From: Wolbachia endosymbiont of Dirofilaria (Dirofilaria) immitis
GTDB lineage: Bacteria; Pseudomonadota; Alphaproteobacteria; Rickettsiales; Anaplasmataceae
Length of the DNA: 32,000 nucleotides
Direction: 5' to 3'
Assembly (NCBI RefSeq): GCF_013365455.1
Contig: NZ_CP046578.1
Location: forward strand, 210,001 to 242,000
A model generated the notes under the pieces. The model worked only from the letters and a program-made list of their open reading frames with translations, searched no databases and was not told the origin of the DNA. A program made the translations under genes and the position numbers. Every line of letters begins with the position of its first letter. Position 1 is the stretch's first letter. Positions 11,234-21,396 of the stretch are shown here, piece after piece.

Positions 11234-11770
11234 ATGCCTAAGCTGCCGATTGTGATTGCACCCGATGAAAAGTTAACTACACGTGCCAGTGAAGTGACAG
11301 ATATAAACGATGAAATTAGAGAATTAGTAAATGACATGTTTGAAACTATGCATGATGCAAAAGGTTTTGGCCTTGCTGCAGTTCAAGTCGGAGTGTTGAA
11401 GAGAGTTTTTGTTATGGATATTCAGTTAGAAGGCGTTAAGAGTGGATTAGCAGGATACAAATCTACTGGCGGGTTTTGCATGATTAATCCTGAAATCATA
11501 GGATTATCTGATGAGCAAATAGTTCTTAAAGAAGGATGTCTTTCAATTCCAGGGCAAAATCATGAAGTTAGGCGTCCAAAATGTTTAACTGTGAAGTATA
11601 GAGATTTAAATAACGAGAGAAAAACGCTGAAAGCTGATGGTTGGCTTGCGAGATGTATTCAACATGAGATAGATCACTTAAATGGTATATTATATGTTAG
11701 ACATTTGTCTAAATTGAAGTATGATATGGCTATGAAAAGAGCACAAAAGGTTAAGAGGCGCTATGAATGA
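11234..11770 (+). CDS. def: peptide deformylase
   Basis: 178 aa with the three PDF motifs GLAAVQVG, EGCLSIPG and HEIDHLNG. Confidence 0.96.
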   Translation: MPKLPIVIAPDEKLTTRASEVTDINDEIRELVNDMFETMHDAKGFGLAAVQVGVLKRVFVMDIQLEGVKSGLAGYKSTGGFCMINPEIIGLSDEQIVLKEGCLSIPGQNHEVRRPKCLTVKYRDLNNERKTLKADGWLARCIQHEIDHLNGILYVRHLSKLKYDMAMKRAQKVKRRYE

Positions 11771-12551
11771 TGAAAACCTGGAGTTGTTGAGATTTTACCA
11801 TGAAGAGGGTATTGATTGTACTTTAATAGAGGGAGAAGAAGAGAAAGTAAAGGAAAGGAGGGAGAGTAGGCTTATACAGTCTACTACTATTCAAGCCGAA
11901 GAAAAAAAAGAACAGCAATTTATGTTTCCAAGTGACTGGGTAATTGAAGCGAGGAAGCTTGCAAGTAAGTGTAATAGTGTGAGTGAGCTAAGAAGTGTAG
12001 TTACATCATTTGAAGGGTGTGAGATAAAAAAAACTGCAACCAATACTGTTTTTTCTGATGGTAACCCAAGTGCGAAAATTATGCTTATTGGTGAAGCTCC
12101 AGGTGTAAATGAAGATCTACAAGGCATACCATTTTGTGGTGCAAGTGGAATGCTGCTTGATAAAATGTTGAGTGCAATAAACCTTGATCGCACTAGAGTA
12201 TATATAAGCAATGTTATATTTTGGCGTCCACCGGGTAATAGGAAGCCAACTAACTTAGAGCTTGATATATGCAGGCCGTTTGTCGAAAAACATATTGTGT
12301 TGGTTTCACCACAGATTTTGATTTTGGTGGGGGGAATAGCTTGTTATAGCCTTCTTGACAACACAAAAACCATATCAACCTTGCGTGGTAGATTTTATAA
12401 TTATACTAACCAATATTTATTTCATTCAATTACTGCAGTTGCTATATTTCATCCAGCTTACTTGCTTCGTCAACCAGCGCAAAAACGCTTAGCTTGGGAA
12501 GATTTGAAAAAAATCAGAAAGTACCTTGATGATAATTGTACTGATATTTAG
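11763..12551 (+). CDS. uracil-DNA glycosylase, family 4 (phage SPO1 polymerase-related type)
   Basis: 262 aa with GEAPGVNEDLQGIPFCGASGMLL and HPAYLLRQP motifs, plus an acidic N-terminal extension common in alphaproteobacteria. The start overlaps the def stop by 8 nt (ATGAATGA). Confidence 0.88.
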   Translation: MNDENLELLRFYHEEGIDCTLIEGEEEKVKERRESRLIQSTTIQAEEKKEQQFMFPSDWVIEARKLASKCNSVSELRSVVTSFEGCEIKKTATNTVFSDGNPSAKIMLIGEAPGVNEDLQGIPFCGASGMLLDKMLSAINLDRTRVYISNVIFWRPPGNRKPTNLELDICRPFVEKHIVLVSPQILILVGGIACYSLLDNTKTISTLRGRFYNYTNQYLFHSITAVAIFHPAYLLRQPAQKRLAWEDLKKIRKYLDDNCTDI

Positions 12552-12951
12552 TAAAGTGTTAGAAGGTAAATAACTGCCCAGGAATTGCTTGACAAATTTT
12601 AATAACCTTCTTCTCTTGAAGCTAAGACAATTTTTTAATCTAGAGTTTCTTTTTGATTTGTAGCTTTAATGGTAAAGCTTAGCAAGAAAACTTAAGATAT
12701 TTTTTAGTAAATTACATAAAATTATAGCGGCTGTATACCTTTAAATTTTTTCTACATTTAGCTAAGTTGTACTTAAATTAAGCGTTGGTAAAGAATTATC
12801 TCAGCGCTAATTAAAGTTAGAGAGTTAAAACCAACACCATATAGATTCTTTATTTCTTTTCTATTTAATAAGTTTCTGTAATATTTGTACTAGCATGAAT
12901 TAGATAAAAAGGTACTATCCTGGTGTAATTGGCTACATAACTGTATGGATT

Positions 12952-14436
12952 TTACTCTGAATCAGCTGATGAGTTAGATGCCTGGTAAGCATAATTTGGA
13001 GCCTCTTGTGTAATAATTATGTCATGAGCATGACTTTCTCTTAATCCTGATGCAGTAATAGTAATAAATTTACAGTTTTTCCTCATTTCTTCTATATTCC
13101 TATTACCAGTGTATCCCATTGCAGCCTGTAGTCCACCAATTAACTGATGAATTATTCCTGAAGCTGGACCTTTAAATGGAACTCTTCCCTCCACTCCTTG
13201 TGGAACTAATTTTGATTTTGAGTCTTTATCTTGGAAATAACGGCTAGCTGAACCTCTTTTCATTGCACTGATAGATCCCATTCCTCGATAGCCTTTATAT
13301 GTTCTACCTTTATACGTGATAATCTCACCTGGACTTTCATTAGTGCCTGCAAAAAGTGAACCAATCATCACAGAATCAGCACCAGCTGCAATAGCTTTTG
13401 CAATGTCTCCTGAGTATTTTATGCCACCATCAGCAATTAATCTTACTTTTCTTGCCTTACATACTTCTGCGACATTTTGGATTGCGGAAAATTGTGGTAC
13501 CCCAACACCTGTAACTATTCTGGTTGTGCAGATTGACCCTGGTCCTATACCTACCTTTACTGCGTCGACGCCAACATCAATTAACGCTTCAGCAGCTTCT
13601 TTTGTGGCAATGTTCCCACCTATTAACTGTGTGTTTGGATACATAGTTTTTATTTCCTTAATAGTATTAATAACATTTTCGGAATGACCATGGGCAGTAT
13701 CTACAATAATTACATCAATTTCTTTTCCGATCAAAGCTTCGCACCTTTCTATACCATCCTTTTTACCAGTACCAATTGCAGCAGCAACTCTTAGTCGTCC
13801 TTTACTATCTTTGCATGAGTTAGGGTATCTATTGTATTTTTCGATGTCCTTGACTGTAATTAGCCCTATACAACAAGAATTCTCATCTATAACTAAAAGC
13901 TTCTCTATTCTGTTTTCATGCAATAATCTCATTGCTGAAACACTGTTCACTTCTTGCTCCCGCACTGTAATTAACTTGTCTTTTGTCATTACTTCAGAGA
14001 CTTTTATATTTATGTTTCGGTCTTCAATAAACCTTACATCTCGATTAGTAAGAATGCCAACTAACCTATACTGGTCGACTACAGGAATGCCTGAATAGTT
14101 GTGCTCTTTCATTAAAGAGATTGCTTCTGCAACTGTTTTATCTGGGGAAATTGTGATGGGATTGTATACGATCCAACTTTCATATTTTTTTACCCTTCTC
14201 ACTTCTGAAACTTGTTCGTCTATTGATAAGTTTTTATGTATGCAGCCTATTCCACCGTGTTGGGCAATAGTTATTGCAAAATCTGATTCGGTAACAGTAT
14301 CCATTGCAGAGGATATAAGAGGGATGTTGAGTTCTATATTGTTTGTTAAATAGGTCTTTGTATCTGCATCACAAGGTAATATGTTAGAATGAGCTGGCAA
14401 AAGAAGTATATCGTCGAATGAATAACAAACTTCCAT
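12952..14436 (-). CDS. guaB: IMP dehydrogenase
   Basis: 494 aa with the catalytic loop GIGPGSICTTR, an inserted CBS pair, and the GGIKYSGD motif. Confidence 0.97.
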   Translation of the reverse strand: MEVCYSFDDILLLPAHSNILPCDADTKTYLTNNIELNIPLISSAMDTVTESDFAITIAQHGGIGCIHKNLSIDEQVSEVRRVKKYESWIVYNPITISPDKTVAEAISLMKEHNYSGIPVVDQYRLVGILTNRDVRFIEDRNINIKVSEVMTKDKLITVREQEVNSVSAMRLLHENRIEKLLVIDENSCCIGLITVKDIEKYNRYPNSCKDSKGRLRVAAAIGTGKKDGIERCEALIGKEIDVIIVDTAHGHSENVINTIKEIKTMYPNTQLIGGNIATKEAAEALIDVGVDAVKVGIGPGSICTTRIVTGVGVPQFSAIQNVAEVCKARKVRLIADGGIKYSGDIAKAIAAGADSVMIGSLFAGTNESPGEIITYKGRTYKGYRGMGSISAMKRGSASRYFQDKDSKSKLVPQGVEGRVPFKGPASGIIHQLIGGLQAAMGYTGNRNIEEMRKNCKFITITASGLRESHAHDIIITQEAPNYAYQASNSSADSE

Positions 14437-15378
14437 TTTTTTTCATAGACTTTACTTAAAGCTTATACACCAATTAATTGAATTGCAATAAGGTTTTGCA
14501 AAGTTAGCTATAGTTGATTCAAACAAAGCTGCTCCACTTTATATTGACTGGTATTGTATTTTACTTATTATAATGTTGTTTGCTTTAATGGTAGTAAACT
14601 TCTTGCTTGTATATCCAATAAAAGGAGTCATGGATGCAGTAGATTGTGGCGTGGTGCTGTCTATTAGGAATATTATCTGATTATTTAATGCTAGGATTTA
14701 AAAATAAGCTTACTAAATATGAAGAATATATAAGCAGTTGGTATTATATAAAGATAAATATGTCATAGTTATTTAATAACATACTTTTATTTTAGTTAAG
14801 ATGCTGTAAAATATGGAAAGTTTATAGATATTGAGATAAGTTATACAGGAACTCTGCTATTATTTTTAGCATATGTATAATTAGTGTTGTTTTATAGGCA
14901 ACGATAGTGTTTGTATAAGCTTTTTCTTATATTTTCTATATCACTCATTTACGTTATACAATAATACGGTGATGCTTGTAAAACAGTTATCCATATATTA
15001 ATTTTATGATGATATTATCGGTATATATGATGTTTAGTGTACTAATAATAGCAAAGCTTAGTAGTGCTTTGGGGAAGTTTGTAATATATGTATAAGATGT
15101 AGGTATATTTACAAATGTACCCTGATATAAACAGCATAAGGTCCTTTTTAGAAGATGGCGTTTGGACTATTTATAATTTCTGTTTTTATTCAATTTCTGA
15201 CTGCATTTCTAGATATTTTTGTAGTTATACTAATCTCAATCTTAGTATTTATGAAATACTTGATCGACGAAAGCAGGCTTTTTATGATTAAATTTTAAAA
15301 ATGGTAATTATAGATTATAAGCCCAGCTGATGTTTTTCTTTAGTTGCTTATTGATTAAAACTTTAAGATTATTTAACA

Positions 15379-15406
15379 TTGACGCTATATACTTAGGTGT
15401 TAAAAT
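15379..15406 (+). promoter_or_regulatory. putative sigma70-type promoter for small ORF-nuoG-nuoH
   Basis: TTGACG (15379-15384), a 16-nt spacer, then TAAAAT (15401-15406), about 27 nt upstream of the ATG at 15433. Confidence 0.3.
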
Positions 15407-15432
15407 AGAACGGAAAAATTTTAGGAGTTTAT

Positions 15433-15645
15433 ATGGTAACAAGTGGAAAAGAGAAAATAGCTAGTAAGAATAATCCTACTCAGCGTAAAAGAGCTGAGCA
15501 AAAAATGTATAAAAATAAACCAATAAAGCCAGTTAGATATATAGATCGTGACTCGCGTGTAAATTATATGTCTGCTCAGTATGATAATGGTAATCTGGTT
15601 GAAGATGAGATAGGTGGTCATCCTATAAGGTGGGAAGCTATATAG
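15433..15645 (+). CDS. small basic hypothetical protein (70 aa), likely co-transcribed with nuoG
   Basis: ATG preceded by AGGAG (15423-15427) at 5-nt spacing. The ORF ends 12 nt before the nuoG ATG. Composition is not the F/I/L-rich pattern of chance AT-rich ORFs (MVTSGKEKIASKNNPTQRKRAEQK...EIGGHPIRWEAI). No family assigned. Confidence 0.55.
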   Translation: MVTSGKEKIASKNNPTQRKRAEQKMYKNKPIKPVRYIDRDSRVNYMSAQYDNGNLVEDEIGGHPIRWEAI

Positions 15646-15657
15646 TGGGTTTAAATT

Positions 15658-17706
15658 ATGGTTAAGATTACTATCAACTCCAAGGAATATAGGGTGGAGC
15701 CTGGATTCACCATAATTCAAGCTTGTGAAGCTGTGGGTGTTGAAATTCCGCGCTTTTGTTATCATGAACGTTTAGCAATTGCTGGTAACTGTAGAATGTG
15801 TTTGGTTGAAATTGAGGGGGTAACTTCAAAACCAGTAGCTTCTTGTGCAATGCCAGTTGCGGAAGGAATGGTTGTCCGTACTGATACTCCGAAAGTTAGA
15901 AGGGCACGTAAAGGTGTACTTGAGTTTTTGCTCATTAATCATCCACTTGACTGTCCAATTTGTGATCAAGGCGGTGAATGTGACCTACAAGATATAACAA
16001 TGTCCTATGGGAGAGGAATAAGTAGATTTGATGAGGATAAGAGGGCTGTGCCAAAGAAATATTTTGGGCCACTAATTGAAACTGCGATGAATAGGTGTAT
16101 TCATTGTACTCGGTGTATTAGGTTTCTGTCTGATGTAGCTGGTACAAATGAACTTGGAGGGATTGGCAGAGGGGAAAATATGGAGGTTAGTACTTATATA
16201 AAAAGGTATGTTAGCTCTGAATTATCTGGAAATATTATAGACCTTTGTCCTGTAGGGGCCTTAACTTCAAAACCTTATTTGTTTAAGGCCCGTTCATGGG
16301 AGTTATCACATTGTGAAACTATAGATGTGCTTGATGCTGTAGGAAGTGCAATCAGAGTTGACTATCGCGGTCTTGAAATTGTACGAATATTACCAAGGAT
16401 TAACGAAGAGATTAACGAAGAGTGGATATCGGATAAAACTCGTTTTGCCTACGACGGACTAAAAGTGCAACGTCTAGATCAACCTTATATAAAGAAAGAT
16501 GGTAAATTAGTTTCAGTTGATTGGAATGAAGCATTAACCGTTGCTGCGAGGAGACTAAAGAGTACAAAACCAAGCAAAATAGCTGCAGTTGCGGGTGATT
16601 TAGCAGATTGTGAATCTATGCTTTTACTAAAGGAAATGATGCATAAGCTTGGCTCAGTAAATTTGGATTGTAGGCAAGATGGAGCAAGACTTATATCAAG
16701 TAATCGTGGATCATATGTGTTTAATACCACCATTGAGAACATAGAAAATGCAGACTTATGTCTACTTATAAATACAAATCCTAAAGTAGAGGCCCCAATC
16801 ATTAATGCACGTATAAGAAAAAGATACTTGCGAGGTAATTTTCCTATTGCAAGTGTTGGTCCTGACGTTGAGTACTTATATCATGTTGAAAAATTAGGTA
16901 ATCATCCTAATATTTTAAGTAAAATAGCAAAAGGAAATCATGAATTTTGCAAGCTGCTAAGTGCTGCTCAAAATCCTATACTTATCATAGGTCAAGATGC
17001 ATTAACAAGAAGTGATTCCGAATCAATTTTAGCTATAGCTAGCTCAATTGCAGAAAAATTTAATGTGGTTAAAGATGACTGGAATGGTTTTAATATCTTG
17101 CATAAAGCCGCAGCAAGAGTCGGTGGATTAGATGTTGGGTTTGTTCCTAAAAAAGGTGGAAAAGATATTAACCAAATATTAAAGCAGGCAGAGAGTGGTA
17201 AGATAGAAGTTGTCTATCTTCTTGGTGCAGATGAAATTGATACATCAAAGTTAGGAAATACATTTGTGATTTATCAAGGTCATCATGGCGATAGAGGAGC
17301 ACATATAGCAGATGTCATCTTGCCTGGGGCCGCGTATACAGAGAAATGTGCAACTTATGTAAATACTGAAGGTCGAGCTCAGAGAACTAATTTGGCTGTG
17401 CTTCCACCTGGCGAAGCAAAGGAAGATTGGTTGATAATTAAGAATTTGTCCCAATATTTGGGTTTTTCCTTACCATATAATAATTTATTTGATGTAAGAA
17501 AAAAATTGGATACTATCGGTCCACAGTTTAGAAATGCTGATCAAGTAGTAAAAAATGAGTGGATTTTAATTGATTGTAGTAAAATAAGCTTAAGTGATAA
17601 ACCTTTTACTTTGAAAGAGTGTAATTTTTATATGACAGATCCAATAAGTCGTGCTTCAAAAATAATGGCGGATTGTACTAAAGCCTTTTATGAGCACGCT
17701 AGTTAA
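15658..17706 (+). CDS. nuoG: NADH-quinone oxidoreductase subunit G
   Basis: 682 aa. It has an N-terminal 2Fe-2S motif ([18 protein letters not shown]), 4Fe-4S motifs ([18 protein letters not shown] and [10 protein letters not shown]), and a molybdopterin-like C-terminal domain. Confidence 0.97.
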   Translation: MVKITINSKEYRVEPGFTIIQACEAVGVEIPRFCYHERLAIAGNCRMCLVEIEGVTSKPVASCAMPVAEGMVVRTDTPKVRRARKGVLEFLLINHPLDCPICDQGGECDLQDITMSYGRGISRFDEDKRAVPKKYFGPLIETAMNRCIHCTRCIRFLSDVAGTNELGGIGRGENMEVSTYIKRYVSSELSGNIIDLCPVGALTSKPYLFKARSWELSHCETIDVLDAVGSAIRVDYRGLEIVRILPRINEEINEEWISDKTRFAYDGLKVQRLDQPYIKKDGKLVSVDWNEALTVAARRLKSTKPSKIAAVAGDLADCESMLLLKEMMHKLGSVNLDCRQDGARLISSNRGSYVFNTTIENIENADLCLLINTNPKVEAPIINARIRKRYLRGNFPIASVGPDVEYLYHVEKLGNHPNILSKIAKGNHEFCKLLSAAQNPILIIGQDALTRSDSESILAIASSIAEKFNVVKDDWNGFNILHKAAARVGGLDVGFVPKKGGKDINQILKQAESGKIEVVYLLGADEIDTSKLGNTFVIYQGHHGDRGAHIADVILPGAAYTEKCATYVNTEGRAQRTNLAVLPPGEAKEDWLIIKNLSQYLGFSLPYNNLFDVRKKLDTIGPQFRNADQVVKNEWILIDCSKISLSDKPFTLKECNFYMTDPISRASKIMADCTKAFYEHAS

Positions 17707-18715
17707 CATCTTATTTATTTTGGTGCAGCTGCTGCTTTCGGTTGCATATTTAGTGTATTTTGAGCGCAAAGTTCTTGGTGCAATTCAACTGCGACACGGT
17801 CCAAGTGTTGTTGGGCCTTTTGGACTATTACAACCATTTGCAGATGCTATTAAGTTGCTAATTAAGGAGACAATAATACCGTTTAGAGCAAACACTATAT
17901 TGTTTATTATGGCTCCGATTCTTACCTTTGTTTTAGCATTAATTGCATGGGCAGTGATACCATTTGGTGCTAAGGTAATTATAGAAAATGGGCAGAAAGT
18001 AGTAATTCCTAAGGTAATAGCAAATATCAATGTCGGAGTGCTCTATATCCTAGCTATATCATCTCTAGGAATATATGGCATCATTATTGCAGGTTGGTCT
18101 AGTAATTCTAATTATGCATTTTTGGGTAGTATAAGGTCAGCTGCTCAAATGATCTCATACGAAGTTTCAATAGGTCTCATAACTGCCGTGATTGTTATTA
18201 TAACTGGCACACTAAATCTTGGAGAAATGGTAGTAATAAAACATAATATGCCATTTTGGGTTGATATACTACTAATACCTATAGCAATAGTGTTCTTTGT
18301 TTCACTTCTTGCGGAAACTAATCGTCATCCGTTTGATTTGCCAGAAGCTGAAGCAGAGCTTGTCTCCGGGTATAACGTTGAGTATTCATCAATGCCTTTT
18401 GCTCTTTTCTTTCTTGGAGAATATGCTAATATGATTTTAGCAAGTGCTATAATGACGATATTCTTTCTAGGAGGATGGTATCCTCCTATAGAGTTTAGTT
18501 TATTGTATGAAATTCCAGGTTTGGTTTGGTTCATTTTAAAAATAGTTTTACTATTATTTATATTTATTTGGATTAGGGCAACTGTACCTCGTTATCGTTA
18601 TGATCAACTGATGCGTCTTGGTTGGAAAGTATTCTTACCAATGTCGGTACTTTGGGTAATACTCATTTCAGGAGTGCTTCTTTTTACTGAAAATTTGCCA
18701 AGTTTAAAGTTGTGA
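17690..18715 (+). CDS. nuoH: NADH-quinone oxidoreductase subunit H
   Basis: 341-aa polytopic membrane protein with NuoH/ND1 signatures ([32 protein letters not shown] and [18 protein letters not shown]). The ATG overlaps the nuoG end by 17 nt. Confidence 0.97.
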   Translation: MSTLVNILFILVQLLLSVAYLVYFERKVLGAIQLRHGPSVVGPFGLLQPFADAIKLLIKETIIPFRANTILFIMAPILTFVLALIAWAVIPFGAKVIIENGQKVVIPKVIANINVGVLYILAISSLGIYGIIIAGWSSNSNYAFLGSIRSAAQMISYEVSIGLITAVIVIITGTLNLGEMVVIKHNMPFWVDILLIPIAIVFFVSLLAETNRHPFDLPEAEAELVSGYNVEYSSMPFALFFLGEYANMILASAIMTIFFLGGWYPPIEFSLLYEIPGLVWFILKIVLLLFIFIWIRATVPRYRYDQLMRLGWKVFLPMSVLWVILISGVLLFTENLPSLKL

Positions 18716-18816
18716 ATATATTGCTGGTTTTGATATTAAGTTATTTTTAATAAATCTTATATATAGTATATAATGTTAAGGTTATTCTTATGCTGTGGCT
18801 TTTTCTAAATTTCTCA

Positions 18817-18841
18817 GCTGAAAATTAGGTTCAGCCTTTTT
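18817..18841 (+). terminator. candidate rho-independent terminator after nuoH
   Basis: Stem GCTGAA (18817-18822) pairs with TTCAGC (18830-18835) across a 7-nt loop, followed by CTTTTT. It lies about 100 nt after the nuoH stop. The stem is weak (6 bp). Confidence 0.3.
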
Positions 18842-19232
18842 AAAGGAACTTTTGGTACGTGAAAAAGTGGAGAGTATTCTCACTGAATTATGCTTGTGTA
18901 AGCAACTCAAGAAGTGTTACTATAAAAAGCTGAGTTGGGTTGTGAGTTATGTAGTTTATCTACAATTAGCTAGTAGGAGTGATAAAAGCTTATTTTCTTT
19001 AACATGCTAGGTATTAAATAAAAATTTTAGTTAAATTAACTATATTTATGCAGAAGTCAGTTCTCTTTATCATTGGAAAAAGTCTTTGCCTTTTTGAAAA
19101 AAAATAGTGAGGATTGATAAATTATAGAAAAAAAAGTGAGAATTTGGGCAAGTAATTAAAAGTAATATATGTACAAATGTTTTTAAAGTAGACTGATTTT
19201 GGCAAGTTTATACTCTACTAAAGATAGAACGA

Positions 19233-19304
19233 CTCCCCGGGCCGGATTCGAACCAGCGGCCAATTGGTTAACAGCCAACTGCTCTACCACTGAGCTACCG
19301 AGGA
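19233..19304 (-). tRNA. tRNA-Asn (anticodon GUU)
   Basis: The reverse complement folds as a cloverleaf. Acceptor TCCTCGG/CCGGGGA, D arm GCTC/GAGC, anticodon loop CTGTTAA, and T arm GCTGG-TTCGAAT-CCGGC. No encoded CCA. Confidence 0.9.
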
Positions 19305-19361
19305 ATAAACTGTTTTTAATTTATCATATTAAACTTTGATTGTAAACGATTTTTGTGCGCT

Positions 19362-19389
19362 TTGACCAAGACTTTTATTGGAGTATAAG
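19362..19389 (+). promoter_or_regulatory. putative sigma70-type promoter for rnd
   Basis: TTGACC (19362-19367), a 16-nt spacer, then TATAAG (19384-19389). Confidence 0.25.
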
Positions 19390-19471
19390 TGACAGAAAGT
19401 TTGACTGGTAGTTACTATAATTGCAAAGATTCAATTTAGACGATAAAATCGCATTATTAAGTGAAAAATAT

Positions 19472-20671
19472 ATGCTAATTACTACAATGTCGGATCTAGA
19501 TGACATGTGTGAGGAGCTGATAGCGAAAAAACCGAAATTTATAGCTGTTGACACAGAGTTCATTAGAAACAACTTAACCTATTATCCTAAACTGTCATTA
19601 ATTCAAATTTCTTATGAAGAAGGGAGTTTTATTGTAGATGTATTAGCACCAGAGATTGATTTATCTCTTGTTAAGAAAGTTATGCTCAATCAAGAAATAA
19701 CTAAGGTGTTTCACAGCTGCCGGCAAGACATAGAATCTTTATTTACTGTGTTTAAGTGTATACCTACTCCCATTTTTGATACTCAAGTTGCTGCTATGTT
19801 TTGTCATTATTACTATAACTTTATTAGTTATTCAAAATTAGTGGAGCAATACCAGGGAATAGTGCTGAATAAAGTTAAAGCTAAAAATTCAGACTGGTTG
19901 AAGCGTCCATTATCTGAGGATCAATTAGACTATGCAGTAAGCGATGTAGTTCATCTGTATGATCTACACCAAATATTGCATGATAAACTTAAAGAAAAGA
20001 ATAGGATTGGCTGGTTTCAAGAAGAGATGGAATCAGTAGTTGATATGGATAAATATTTGCATAGTCCAAAAGATGCGTGGAAAAGGATTAAGTTTAATTA
20101 TAGAGCAAATCCGAGATTGATATTAACTGTTAAAGCGGTTAGTGAATGGCAAGAAACTTTAGCACAGCGTTATAATAGAAATCGTAATAGGGTAATTAAT
20201 AATTCTATAATATCTGGATTTATTGAAAGGAATGTAGAGCGTATTGATGAGATTTTAGATGATCTCAAGGAAAACGCAAAAAATATAAAGGAGGAAGATT
20301 TATTAGAATTTGTAGATATTTTTAATGAGAATGAAAAAAATTTTATGCAGCAAAATTATACTTTGTCAAACTATCATGATAGATCTGTGTTTGATATGCT
20401 TTCAGTTATTCTAGAAAGCAAGTGTAAGGAAAATAACATATCAAGGAAATTAGTTTCTTCGAAAGCTGAGTTAGCTAGCTCAATATCTGGGCAGATAGAT
20501 AAACTGTTTAAGGGATGGAGATATGATTTTTTTGGTAAGTCAGTTGAATCATTTTTAAATGCAAGCTCAAAGTTTGAAATCTCGGTAGTGAGATTCACGA
20601 ATAATATAACTGAAATTCGGAGTAATTTGATGAATGCAAGTTGTGAATTAAAATCAACCGCTGGAGCTTAA
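19472..20671 (+). CDS. rnd: ribonuclease D
   Basis: DEDD 3'-5' exonuclease motifs (AVDTEF, HSCRQDIESL, YAVSDVVHL) followed by an HRDC-like region. The ORF track starts at a TTG (19421). I prefer the ATG at 19472 (MLITTMSDLDD), which matches the usual RNase D N-terminus. The start is uncertain by 17 codons. Confidence 0.88.
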   Translation: MLITTMSDLDDMCEELIAKKPKFIAVDTEFIRNNLTYYPKLSLIQISYEEGSFIVDVLAPEIDLSLVKKVMLNQEITKVFHSCRQDIESLFTVFKCIPTPIFDTQVAAMFCHYYYNFISYSKLVEQYQGIVLNKVKAKNSDWLKRPLSEDQLDYAVSDVVHLYDLHQILHDKLKEKNRIGWFQEEMESVVDMDKYLHSPKDAWKRIKFNYRANPRLILTVKAVSEWQETLAQRYNRNRNRVINNSIISGFIERNVERIDEILDDLKENAKNIKEEDLLEFVDIFNENEKNFMQQNYTLSNYHDRSVFDMLSVILESKCKENNISRKLVSSKAELASSISGQIDKLFKGWRYDFFGKSVESFLNASSKFEISVVRFTNNITEIRSNLMNASCELKSTAGA

Positions 20672-21242
20672 CAAATCCACTACATCTTTTACTTGAGAAA
20701 GGACATACTCTTCACTTGTACTGGTGTTGATAGTAAAGTCGCTTACCCTCCTTTTTTCCTCGAAAGGTAACTGGATATTGAAAATTAAATCTAGCTTTTC
20801 TCTGTCTATATTGCGTTTACTAAGCCTCTGAGTTTGCATAATACTATCTGCGTGGATGAGAACAATAAAGTCGCAATATAAACAAAATCTCGTTTCTAGT
20901 AAAAGGGGAATATCTAAGATTAAAAGCTTTTTTTCGGTCTTTTTTTCTTGAGCAATAAAAAATAGCAGTTTATTTCGCACGACAGAATGGACTAAAGATT
21001 GAAATTGCTTCCAATTTTTATCATAAGCTATAAAATATTTAGACAGTACTGTTCTGTTTATTTTACCGTTTGCTACCGCTATAGGGAAGTTTTTTTTCTG
21101 CATAACCTATTATGTTTTTATCTGCTTTATAAAGTTGGTGTATGATAAAATCAGCATCAAACACAGCAGCACCAAACTTTTTAAAGCAGTTAGCTACAAA
21201 ATTTTTTCCTACTCCAATTCCACCTGTTAGACCTATAACCAT
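20654..21242 (-). pseudogene. coaE: dephospho-CoA kinase, interrupted by a frameshift in an A8 tract
   Basis: The N-terminal part (frame of ORF 21063..21260) carries MVIGLTGGIGVGKNFVANCF (P-loop). The C-terminal 149 aa (ORF 20654..21103) carries the rest of CoaE (FPIAVANGKINRTVL ... LLILDIPLLLE). The two frames overlap at 21063-21103 around T8 on the plus strand (21090-21097). Removing one A fuses them into about 195 aa. Confidence 0.8.
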
Positions 21243-21396
21243 ATAGCAAAAAATTAGCAAAGCTATATCTACAGTAGTTACTTTTTCTTGTATGTCTACT
21301 TAAAACTTAAATTTAGCTGTGTAAACTCTAACTATGTCAAGAGAAAATAAACAGCTATTATTTTTTTAGTAATTAAGTAGAATAGAACGAAAAATT

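Noticed and set aside
13316-13687. 123-aa plus-strand ORF (also 13811-14098 and 14099-14353) inside guaB
   Set aside because: Antisense shadow ORFs of a well-supported IMP dehydrogenase gene. The same reasoning applies to 2179-2502 (atpB), 7901-8221 and 8645-9016 (der), 9899-10676 (ftsA), 11891-12211 (UDG), 16485-17454 (nuoG), 17785-18534 (nuoH), 20374-20598 (rnd), 21502-22740 (NMO gene), 28654-28899 (pentapeptide gene) and 30143-30328 (dksA).
14544-14574. Consensus-like TTGACT … TATAAT hexamers pointing into the guaB-nuoG spacer
   Set aside because: The spacer is 19 nt, which is too long, and TATAAT-like hexamers are frequent at this base composition. There is no downstream gene. It is kept only as context in a finding.
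15155-15298. 47-aa hydrophobic mini-ORF (also a 58-aa ORF at 15115 in another frame)
   Set aside because: T-rich DNA yields F/I/L-rich ORFs by chance. The SD is weak, and conservation cannot be assessed here.
15421-15765. 114-aa minus-strand ORF overlapping the small ORF and the nuoG start
   Set aside because: Low-complexity I/L/F/Y-rich sequence lying antisense to nuoG and to the SD-preceded small ORF.
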